A stretch of DNA of 63,965 nucleotides, filler included, from Octopus bimaculoides (Eukaryota): NCBI RefSeq assembly GCF_001194135.2. It is 7 parts of 7 records of this genome, joined end to end, with 100 filler letters (N's around TTAATTAATTAA, not from the genome) between each part and the next. Parts side by side here need not be neighbours in the genome. Positions count along the whole stretch, not along the records: positions 16,019 to 29,542 come from NC_068982.1; positions 29,643 to 48,942 come from NC_068983.1; 5 more parts are not named here. One strand, 5' to 3'. Within the stretch, counting starts at the first letter, position 1. Every line of letters begins with the position of its first letter. This document shows positions 23,368-34,347 of the stretch, in pieces. The position numbers and the translations under genes were made by a program. The notes beneath the pieces are model-generated. The model was not told the origin of the DNA and ran no database searches. It worked only from the letters and a program-made list of their open reading frames with translations.

Positions 23368-23859
23368 GGCGGTGAGCTGGCTGCATGGTTAGCACGCCGG
23401 GCAAAATGCTTAGCGGTAATTTTATCCGTCTTTATGTTCTGTGTTCAAATTTCACCGAGGTCGACCTTGCTTTCATCATTTTGGGGTCGATAAAATAAGT
23501 ACCGGTTGGACACTGCGGTCAATGTACTCGACTTACCCTCCTCCAAAATTGTTGACTTTGTGACAAAATTTGAAACCAATATTATCCATTCTGGAGATAA
23601 TGAAATAGTACAAATGGAGGCACATATATTTGAGATGCTATATTGATTGGAATTTGTGACACGAGGCTACCAATTTCGGGGGTGGAGTTAAGTCGGTTAC
23701 ATCGACCCAGTGTTCAACTGATACTTATTGTATTGACACTGAAAGGACGACGGGCAAAGTCGACCTCGGCGGCATTTGAACTCAGAGCGTAAAGTCGGAA
23801 GAAATGCCGACGGGCAGTCTCCCCGGAGTCGTCACGATTCTGCAAGCTCACCGCCTTTA
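23368..23859. mobile_element. Inverted SINE pair: + copy at 23368-23580 and - copy at 23645-23859 with a 14-bp TSD
   Basis: TGAGATGCTATATT occurs at 23631-23644 and 23860-23873. Confidence 0.8.
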
Positions 23860-24274
23860 TGAGATGCTATATTAAACAATGCTCCAGGCAAAAGAAAAAT
23901 TGTGTTTGCGCTCCGATAAATTATTTATATGCAGGGACGAATTCATTGTTTCGTTTTCCGTTCCGAGTCATTTTCTCTTCCAATCACACTTAAATCTGAA
24001 GCATTGTGAAAGAGAATAATTATCCATGAAAGTAATGTAAGAGTAGTTAGCCATTAACGATCCTTTTCATCGTATCCTGAAGACTGTCTAAACAATGTTA
24101 CATTTTATCTTCCGTATATTTGATAAATTCACCGAAACTGTTTTAATTGCTCTCACTCAAAGATATACTCTTGTGCAAGACTCATAATCCAACACTCTTC
24201 ACCCCTTTTGGCTGTAGTACATACATAAATACATATATGCACACCGGTACAAACGCATGCATGTCTGTCTATCT

Positions 24275-24317
<43 letters not shown>

Positions 24318-27300
24318 TTACCTTTTCAGAAAATCAAACTTCCTTCTACTCTTCTAACTTTATTGTATTTCATACTGTTTCACTTTATTTTCTTTCATTT
24401 CCGCCCCTTTATTAAACCTGTTCCCGTTTCACTTTATTTTATTTCCTCTCATCTTCCTCCCTACCTTTTCTATCAACGGCGTTTCCCTTTTATTTTACTA
24501 AACTTGGACGAAATATACGAAATGTATATTTAATGTTTAGAGAATGTAGTCTGAATAGATTATGTCGAGTGTGCCAATGTAATAAAATCTATACACTTGA
24601 AGTAAGTGGTGATGTACCGTTTGCTAAAGAAAAAAAAATTTGTGAATTAAAAATTACCTCATTTGGCGACGTTATCGTTCTCAAGGAAAACGGGTAAAAA
24701 TTTCAAGAAATAAAGAATATTTTGCCAACAGAATTCAATTTAAATGCTTAAAGGAAAGCTCCAACATATTTTTACAAGCAATGCGACAGCTCTGGACATG
24801 ATTTTTATTAGATTTCATCAGAGATAAACTTTTCAAAACTGTTTTGACAGTAGGAAGAGTTTTGGTCAGTTTGAATGGCATCATACCAAACTTTTAGTCA
24901 AGGGAAACTACTGTAAATTCATGCAATTGACGAGCGTCACTTATATAGCTCAGCTCACTTTTTATAATTATATTAACTTCACTCTCTCAATTTGTTCGTA
25001 ACTCATTTTCCCTCGTAAAAAGAAAAGAAAAAAAAATCTATGCTTACTCTTCAAAGCAGTCTGAAGACTAAAACTTTTCTTTACCTGTTCAGCTTTTAAC
25101 TTATTTGCTCTGGAACAACAGATTTCCCTCGATGTATGAAAATGCAATTTTCGCTGTAATTAATGTTTCATTCATTTCATTTTCGTGTAACGAGGTATTG
25201 TTTTCTCTATCTAACTAAGAGGCAAGTTTCAGTTGTTTCCAGGCACCATTCATTGCATCACTGCTCACTCGATTCCTCTAAATTCCTGGTGTTGGCCCAC
25301 CCGAGTGATTTCATTGATTTTACTTATGCAAATTACAGAGAACAAAGTTTTTTGCATGTATGTAATTCCGTAAAGAAGAAAAGAAAAACATACTGGCTCC
25401 CTCTGTCTGCCTGTCTGTCTGTCTTAACGTTAATATAAAGCGAATGCCTGGAGTAAATTTAAAGCTTCACATCAATATGTGTGTGTGTATATGTATATAT
25501 ATGTATATATATGTATATATATATATATATANNNNNNNNNNNNNNNNNNNNNNNNNNNNNNNNNNNNNNNNNNNNNNNNNNNNNNNNNNNNNNNNNNNNN
25601 NNNNNNNNNNNNNNNNNNNNNNNNNNNNNNNNNNNNNNNNNNNNNNNNNNNNNNNNNNNNNNNNNNNNNNNNNNNNNNNNNNNNNNNNNNNNNNNNNNNN
25701 NNNNNNNNNNNNNNNNNNNNNNNNNNNNNNNNNNNNNNNNNNNNNNNNNNNNNNNNNNNNNNNNNNNNNNNNNNNNNNNNNNNNNNNNNNNNNNNNNNNN
25801 NNNNNNNNNNNNNNNNNNNNNNNNNNNNNNNNNNNNNNNNNNNNNNNNNNNNNNNNNNNNNNNNNNNNNNNNNNNNNNNNNNNNNNNNNNNNNNNNNNNN
25901 NNNNNNNNNNNNNNNNNNNNNNNNNNNNNNNNNNNNNNNNNNNNNNNNNNNNNNNNNNNNNNNNNNNNNNNNNNNNNNNNNNNNNNNNNNNNNNNNNNNN
26001 NNNNNNNNNNNNNNNNNNNNNNNNNNNNNNNNNNNNNNNNNNNNNNNNNNNNNNNNNNNNNNNNNNNNNNNNNNNNNNNNNNNNNNATATATATATATAT
26101 ATATATATATAAAGTCACCACATCCCTGTGGCAGTTTCGTGTTACAACTAGCTATTCTGCTTTTTTATGTATGTATGTATGTACGATTAGCGGATCGTTG
26201 GAACGAGACTTACATTCAGATTAGAAACTATATATTTTAACAGGCTCCAGTGTAAAATTCGTTGTTACTGTATATCATTCTGCATTACATAATTTCCTAA
26301 CAAGATGTGTTTCTTGTAAGCGAGTGCATGATAGAAACATCTTGAAATTGACAGAAGAACAGAAACAACTCTATTTAAGTGCTGATTCTTAAAAAGAACT
26401 GATGCTTCCCAACCACATAATGTCTTTGGTTTCGTACATAAACTAGAAAAATGCTATTTTCTGAAGGCCAAATTATATTTTGTGAGGCTTGGAGTGAATG
26501 AATTTATTGCAAAGTAATTTGCTATAAGTAAAACCAAAATTTCAGTTAGTATTGATGAGGAATTTTAAAAATGTATTTTGTCGGATGAATGATTTTACAG
26601 AATAGTGATGTCAATATGATTAGTTTTCATTTTGTAGCAACATTTTGCTCTGAGTCGAAGCCTCTGCCTCAGATTTCAGTTTAGAACCATATCCTTATCT
26701 TATCGTCAGAAAAGTACAACCGGTTCCTTGAGAGAATGAAATGTTCATGTGAATGTTTACCAGCCAATCAGCTTGCGATTTTAACTTCCACAACAGATGC
26801 ATCTCATATTCCTCACCAAATCTTGTGTCTGTATTCTGCGAGATGAGCTCTCTTTCCCTTCTATTATAATATACACTGAAAATCGCAAAAATAAATTATC
26901 CCTGTTTTTCGATCTGCCTTATTCTCTGTCATTTGCATAACAATAATGAACACTTATAACACAACAGATTTGACTATATCATTCTCTTTATCGTCTATAT
27001 TATAAATCTTTAATTATTGCATACATTTTACTGAAATGTTCTTCAATATAAAGTTGATTGGTACACATGTAGTATATAAAGTTGATATAATAAAAGTATG
27101 CAAACTTTTCTTTTTTTGCGTTCATTCTTCAAACACAGCTTCTTACCTATTTATCAATATCCACCGAATTACCTTTTTCGAACAGGTAACAAACAAGAAT
27201 GAAATGTTGGTCAAACAGGTTGCACACAAACCAGATTGTAGCTACAACAGACTAACAACAGCATATGTCTGCTATTTCTAATTAGTCTTCATAATTTCTT

Positions 27301-29247
27301 TTTCCTTTCTATGGCTGAGATAAAATATTTTCATTACATTACTTGTCTGCATTGCCATTTTCACTAACATTCCAGATATTCTTAATCGTCCTACCGCTGT
27401 TATTGTCTGTTTTAAACGAACTATTTTATTCTTAACAATATCATCTCCAAGTATTTCGACTCTGGAGATGAGAAATGGCGAAGTTTCTGGCAATGAACTT
27501 CACTGCTGTATTTCCAACACATGGTGCATGAGATTCGGAAAAATATGCAACCAACATCCCGGAAAGTACACTGCTTTATGTCATGCAAACATCCTGACAA
27601 CAACAGCATTGCATAAAGAAATCTTTCGTCGGACATCGCCAAGAAAACACAGCAAAAGACAACGAAGACAAAAATAGGGGCGACTTTCTTTATAAACACT
27701 TTGTAAATCTTTTCTGTGCAAACCCTGACGAGTATATAGACGTCCGACACAGACAAGAACCTGAAATCAAACACACAAATACCATTTTGCGTCAAAGAAC
27801 TCAATCCGCTTTCCTTTTCTGTGGAAACTTGTGTAATAGGACTTTCAAGACTCTTCATAAATTTGTTTTTGTATGCATTTATAATATTTGCATTTCATCA
27901 CCAGTTACACAACAACGAAGTCTGTACACGCAGAAACTTGTCCTTTTCATCTCCTACATTTCCTGCAATTTTGTTTCGCAATTTTAATTTTTTACTTTGT
28001 TACGGTTCTTTCTTTACCCAAGCACTCACTTTTATTCCGTCCTAGGCACAGGTACTTCTCTATGCATACATTAACACGAATATTAGCATATCCTCTCTGA
28101 CTCTGTACGTTGTTCTTCATGTTCATTTACCTGCATACTTTCAAATGAATAGACATAGCGACTGATTTCGCATTCCGTTTCCCCCCCCCCCCTTGCAAAT
28201 TTCATATCGATCATCTAATGGTTCGTGTATAAACTCGGCATAGTTGTTTTCCAACTTCCTGCATGACGTCTCATTCGTAACCTGCAGACGCATCACACAG
28301 TCGCTGTTCAATTCATATTCATACGCATTTCTCTTTTCTTCTTGTCACCTCATTCGTCATGTAACTTATATCACGCATTGTTCTTATTGCTTTACGGTTG
28401 TGACATGTATATACTCAATTACACGCAAACGCAGCAGTATCGGTGCTTTTAGGTCTCTCTCTCAACCTTAATCCAATAATTCCCAGTATTCTTCCGTCGC
28501 TTGCTGCAATTAACGACGCTTTACATTGTACGACTTCCCTTTTATTCTACTATTGAATTTGCTACACGGTTTAACTTGAACACACCTGTTAATACCATCT
28601 GGAATTTTCAATGTGAAACACGGGTCACACCTCCTGAACTTATTTCTGGCACATATCCTCTTCCCTCTTTAGTACCGCAAAATATCAACAGCAGCGTCAC
28701 GACTTACATCTTATTTCGTAATCATCTCTCAGAGGGGACGAATACAGCGACTCTTTGTCTCAGATTTCCCTAATTATACCGCTAGGAGAGCATGACCGAC
28801 TCCTTGATAGAACGAAACGCTCATACAAATGTTTACCAGCCAACCAACATCAACTGGCAAGTACGAGTCAACAGTGAAAAATATTAAAAGTTATGTTAGC
28901 TTCCTGCTAAATTTTAATGCAAATCTTCTTAAAAAAGTCTTGCTCAGAGTTATAGAAAGCTTACAATTTGAACTCCGAAAGCAGAGCCATCTCAAATTCC
29001 ACGTAGAGTCTTATCACTGTATACTACAAGATGTGCTCTCTTCTCTTTCTAGTTATCCTTATATTCATATACACGGAAATTCATGTTCGACAAAGGTAAA
29101 TCGTCCATCCATCCATCCATCCATCCATCCCTCTATCCCTCCATCCATCCATCCATCCATCCATCCATCTAATCATCTGCTTTATTCTATATTTGCATAA
29201 TAATTGACACGTGTAAATTAATAAGGTTAATTAGAAGATTCTCTTTA

Positions 29248-29269
29248 TCTATATATATAAAAATGAGAA

Positions 29270-29333
<64 letters not shown>

Positions 29334-29542
29334 GGTCTGTCTGTCTGTCTGTCTGTCTGTGTGAATCCCTAAAACTCGAGAACTACGCAACCAATTTCAT
29401 TCAAATTTTACACATGCCTTACTTAGGGTTCCAGTTGTGTTTTAGTCAAAAAAATTATTAACTTCTTGCAGAGTTCGAGCACACGGCAACATAATATCTC
29501 CTCCACTATTTAAGTATTACGTGTCAAAAGTAAAACAAAAAC
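29248..29542 (+). mobile_element. 5' end of a non-autonomous Helitron-type element, cut by a gap
   Basis: A|TCTATATATATAAAAATGAG start, (CTGT)n microsatellite, then ctaaaactcgagaactacgcaaccaatttcattcaaatttt. The 3' hairpin/CTRR end is not visible. Confidence 0.65.
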
Positions 29543-29666
29543 NNNNNNNNNNNNNNNNNNNNNNNNNNNNNNNNNNNNNNNNNNNNTTAATTAATTAANN
29601 NNNNNNNNNNNNNNNNNNNNNNNNNNNNNNNNNNNNNNNNNNTCTTATAAAGAATTTATCCTATAT

Positions 29667-29711
<45 letters not shown>

Positions 29712-30744
29712 TACACACTTTATATTATCTACTATTTATTATTTAATTGAACGTCACGCATCCATTTCCAAGTAAATTCATATATATATATGTATATATA
29801 TCTATGTGTGTGTGTCTTCGTGTCTGTGTTTGCCCCCCAGCACCAGCACCAGCACCACCGCGTGACAACCGTGTTGATGTGTTTACGTCCCCGTAACTTA
29901 GCGGTTCGGCAAAAGAGCCCGATAAAATAAGTACTAGGCATACAATGAATATGTGCTGGGGTCGAGTTGTTCGACTAAAGGCGGTGCTCCAGCATGGTGN
30001 NNNNNNNNNATATATATAATACTCTCATTCCTTACAAACAGTTAAAAATCAAAACAACGGCAACACCAACATCAAAAACAATATGACTGCTGTATTTCTC
30101 TGTGCGTTCCAACAGAAAAACCCACCTTACATAAAAGCTTATGACTGGAATCTCAGCAAGTTTCTCTTTTTAATCTTTTACCATTTACTCCGGCAGATGA
30201 CAGTTTTATGATTGTCGTTCAACAATCTTTATACGTTGTTGACCAATTTATAGTGTTACTTTGGTTTTTAACAACTTTTATTGTGCTTCTGAAATAGTCA
30301 TAAACTGGCTTCACTTCTTCGTTTCGGCTCCTTCAAATGTGCTTCTGTGTACATTTTTTGGTTAGCATTTATTGTTGACGTCTTATTCCAAACATACTTC
30401 GATGGATTCGTAACCATAAAACGATGGAAAATGCTACACAATCAGAAAAGTCTAATATCGACAAAAGTCACTTCAACAAAACGATATCAATTTGTTTTTT
30501 TTTTGTTGGTTTTTTTTTTACATATCTACCTTCCTTTCTCTAACCGAGAGCAGTCGAGTGGCCTGTAGCTTTAACTCTCAACGACTCAGTCCATTCTAGA
30601 TTAGTGGTTTTCTACCATTCTTTTGACCCTTTGGTTACTATTTTACTCTGGTGGACCCCAACAGCCATTCGGTGTTTAAAAACTGTGATGTGAAGGAGGA
30701 AAAAACGGAAGCAGAGAGAGAATTACGGTAGTCTTACCTGTCTA

Positions 30745-30972
30745 TGTGGAAGGGGTCGCTCACAACGTCCACGTGCTCTGTCTGCCGCCGTACCGTCTAA
30801 CAGGTCTACTCTCGTACACAGTCCACTGCCGACTGACCGCTTGTGCCACGCCGACCCCGCATGCCCATCGCGGCCCTTCCGGTTGGACCAACCGGCCCCA
30901 CGGCCGACAGGACATGCATTCTCCCTCATTTCTGGTCCTTCCCTACAACACAGCCTGGCTCATAAAACCACA
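30745..30972 (-). mobile_element. 228-bp 3' LTR of a Gypsy element
   Basis: TGTGG...CCACA termini. On the minus strand it is immediately preceded by the purine tract TCAGGGGGCG. GC-rich. Confidence 0.8.
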
Positions 30973-31630
30973 CGCCCCCTGATTTGAAGATCATTCAACC
31001 AGCCTAGCCACTCTCTCTCCTCAATCCTGACCACACGCCTTAACTTGTCTCGTAATCAGCCAACCAGTGGGAAGGGCACTGCTCCCCCTGCGACCACCGT
31101 GAGACTTCAGGATTGATCTCAGTTTCTGGCATGTTCCTGCCGGCTTCGTCCTCTTGTCTATTACTGTTGGCTCCATCCTCCGTCGCAGTGATGATCCTGC
31201 GCACATCCAAAACATGACGTGGCATACCATCTATGGACACATTGTTCCTCGAATTTACAGAGGTTATTGTCCCCTTTCTCCATTGTGATGTGCACCGTGC
31301 ATTTGGGGGATTAACCCAGACTTCTTCCCGACCTGCACAAAGGCATGCTCTTTCTCTTCTGCGGGTTGTGGCAATGCAATACATGGATGTCTCCACTCGT
31401 ACTGAAATATTACCCTGTGTGGTACTGATTCCTCAGCCTGTCCCGACCTGGGCGCCATATTATATCAAAAAACGGCTTCGACCGGTGAGATGTGGCTCCT
31501 CTCTGCCATGGTCTTGATGGTGCAATGATGCCTCTCCACAACTCCATTGCCACTTGTCGAGCATATCCCTCAGCATCTCCGAGCGAAACGCAGTACCATT
31601 GTTCCCAAGCAGCTCATCCACGGGGCCTAC
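30973..31630 (-). mobile_element. Gypsy integrase C-terminal half, decayed and 5'-truncated
   Basis: GPVDELLGNNGTAFRSE...NGVVERHHCTIK...VWVNPPNARCTSQWRKG...IDGMPRHVLDVR. Confidence 0.8.
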
Positions 31631-31651
31631 AAAAACAAACTAGCTTTATAG

Positions 31652-32344
31652 CAGTGGCAGCTCGTGTATAGGCACCGTGGAACTGCAGCACCCCCTATTT
31701 CCATTTGATATTATCGATAACATTCAATATAATGAGTCCTTTTTTCCTTTAATTCTTTCTTTATACTTGTACATTATATAATCCTTAAGCTTTATGTCAG
31801 TAGCCATCCCCTAGTTTATGGAGGAAATACAAAAATCCTTGTATAGAACTGTGCACTTCACAGTTCCAGTGACGTGGTGTTTGGCTGTTGTGCGCATGCT
31901 CACGTGTCCAAAATAGGAAGCTTCACACAAGGGAGACAGAGCACTACGTGAACGACAATGCCGGATGAAAGGTAATGTTTCTTTTTGACTCCGAGTGTGT
32001 TGTGCTTAAAAACGTATTTATATTCTTGAATGTGATGAAGTGTAGAATTAGATTATTATCCTGCTTCTAGCTACAGCGTTACTGTCAGGATTTGAAAAAT
32101 AGGGCACATTTCCACTCCTTATTTTGTAATTTAGTGGGGATTTTTGAAAAACAAGGGGGAATTCGCGGCGGAGTTCAGTGAACAAATTAAACACACTACC
32201 TGGCAGTGGCTAAAACGCGAACCGATCAAGTTTATGTATAAATTTTCTTTTTATATGTTTGTTTCCTTTTACACAATATTAAAACAACGGCTAAAAGTTT
32301 TCTGAAACAGCACCCCCACTAACTTTATCTACGAGCCGCCACTG
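31652..32344. mobile_element. Non-autonomous hAT-like element
   Basis: TIRs CAGTGGC(A/G)GCTCGT. Flanking 8-mers ctttatag / cattataa match at 6 of 8 positions. Confidence 0.75.
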
Positions 32345-32672
32345 CATTATAAATACCTCTTTCAAAATTCCTTTTTTATTTTTCACACACTAACTTGTGT
32401 AGGTCGGACAATGTCAAACGTTGGAGAAAGAAACCCAGCTGTTTCTTACAATAAATACATCCTATGTAAATTTTTTACACGAACCCTTAATATACTACAG
32501 TGCGTCTCCAATTTACGATTTTGCTTGCGTGGACTCCCAAAAATCTTATAGAGACCCCCAGGGGTCATATGGATGGAGCCCGGTCAAGAACGACTCATCC
32601 AGACGTGTGTAAGCACCATAAAAATCTGTTTATTTTGTCGATGTTATATCCCACAATGCATTGCGATCAATC

Positions 32673-32821
32673 CACTAGCGTAGCTAGAGTGTGTGCCGCC
32701 CAGGGCAGCCCTTCCATTTGCTGCTCCCGGACCCCACAAAAAACACATATTGCCTACAGCAGACCCAAAAACGGTGCCCCTAGGATTCGGACCGCCCTAC
32801 CGCCCCTTAGCTACGCTAGTG
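32673..32821. mobile_element. 149-bp hAT-like MITE
   Basis: Perfect 14-bp TIRs CACTAGCGTAGCTA / TAGCTACGCTAGTG. Flanks gatcaatc / agtcaatc. Confidence 0.8.
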
Positions 32822-33064
32822 AGTCAATCTCCCATTGATGGATCCCTCTGACCATCAAGAGTTTCACGTCAGACGGATGAACAACACTGAAGGAGCCTGG
32901 AGGCGGTTGGTTGACATGCTAAAAAAATAAAGTCTAAGTCCACCTACATATTACACTGCAGCAGTAGTAGCATGTACGTATGTACCTTACATACTGTACC
33001 CGATGCAGTCTATGCTCCAGCATGGCCTCAGTCTAATGACTGAAACAAATAAAAGATAAAAGAT

Positions 33065-33335
33065 CTATATGTTGTTTAGACGGGTCGTCGGCTAACCAAC
33101 CGGTTCACGGAACACCTACGGGATGTCCACCTACTCCCGTCGCCCGTTCTTTTGCTCGGCCGGCCACTTCTCCTCACATCCCACAGTCTTTGGCCTTGTC
33201 CTACACCAAGGATCCACCAACACTAGACTTCGCCTTGAACAGCGCTCCAGTTTTACACTCAAAACTCAAACTCCTTTTGGACTCAACACGAAACTCACCT
33301 TCCAGCGACATCCTCCACACATCTGTTTTTAAAAT
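33065..33335 (+). mobile_element. Penelope-like GIY-YIG C-terminal fragment
   Basis: GRRLTNRFTEHLRD...GHF...VFGL...RLRLEQ...LKTQTPFGLN. Confidence 0.7.
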
Positions 33336-33703
33336 TTTATTTTGTATTTATTATTTTAATTTAATTTTTTAATTTGTTCATTCTTCAGTTTCTATCCATC
33401 TCACACACCGACATACATAGCATGAACCCTACCGCCCATAGCACACAGAAACATACCGCATACATACCTGACATGTAAAAATAGAACCGCCACACACACA
33501 CATGCACGCAAACATACATACACACATATATACCCACATACATTATCACACACACACTCGTACACATACACACCCACATAGAGGTCCTCTCACACACACA
33601 TATTATAAAGGATGTTGTTGCATAACGCCAGAACAATGCGAGAAGGTACAAAGTAAGCTACAAAATGGAAAGAAAACAGAATAGAATTGCAGTTTTATCT
33701 TGT

Positions 33704-33743
33704 ATGTCTATATTTCGGGGTGAAAACCCATTCTTCAGGACAT
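33704..33743 (-). ncRNA. Minimal type-I hammerhead ribozyme motif (Penelope pLTR)
   Basis: ATGTC-CTGAAGA-AT-GGG-TTTTCA-CCC-C-GAAA-TA-TA-GACAT: 5-bp stem I, intact core, palindromic stem III. Confidence 0.7.
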
Positions 33744-33764
33744 TCGGAAAAGCGGTAGTTGAAG

Positions 33765-34110
33765 AAATGCCCGCCTCCCCTCCTTCTATCACTTATTGAA
33801 AACCCACAAACCTGGGCTTAAACTTTAACTTAGACACATAGTCTCAGGAATTAACAGCCCCTTTTATAAAATTTTTTAGCTTCTCTTTATACTCCTCGAA
33901 CGTCTCTTTTACACCTTCTCCGGACACGTCCACAGCTCCAAAGAGATTTTTAAAAGGCTTAAGGATATCGACCCCTCCATACTCAGGAATAACTGGTATC
34001 CTTTCAGCCTACACGTCGTCTCCCTCTATATTTCTGTGCCTGCTCTTCCGGCTGTTAATATTATCACTGACTGTATCGCAGCTCTTTTCTCATCCCCTTA
34101 CTCCACACCT
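33765..34110 (+). mobile_element. Penelope-like RT N-terminal fragment
   Basis: RLPSFYHLLKTHKPG...LRHIVSGINSPFY...HVHSSKE...FSLHVVSLYISVP. Confidence 0.75.
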
Positions 34111-34307
34111 ATTTCCTCCTCTTCCTCCGGCCCTCATCGCTATTCTTCCTTCCTTCCTTCCTTCCAACAGGAAAGAACTACACGAAGCAGGCTGGTTGCT
34201 ATAGCAACAACAGTCAGCGCATATCACCTTCCTCCTTTCTCCCCTGTGCCTCCCCCCCATACACACACATTTGAGCCACAGACTTTTTCCAACCACCGCT
34301 TTTCCGA

Positions 34308-34347
34308 ATGTCCTGAAGAAAGGGTTTTCACCTCGAAATATAGAAAT
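34308..34347 (+). ncRNA. Second hammerhead motif, inverted copy of 33704-33743
   Basis: ATGTC-CTGAAGA-A-AGG-GTTTTCA-CCT-C-GAAA-TA-TA-GAAAT, with one stem I mismatch. Part of the inverted repeat 33625-33760 / 34291-34425. Confidence 0.6.
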
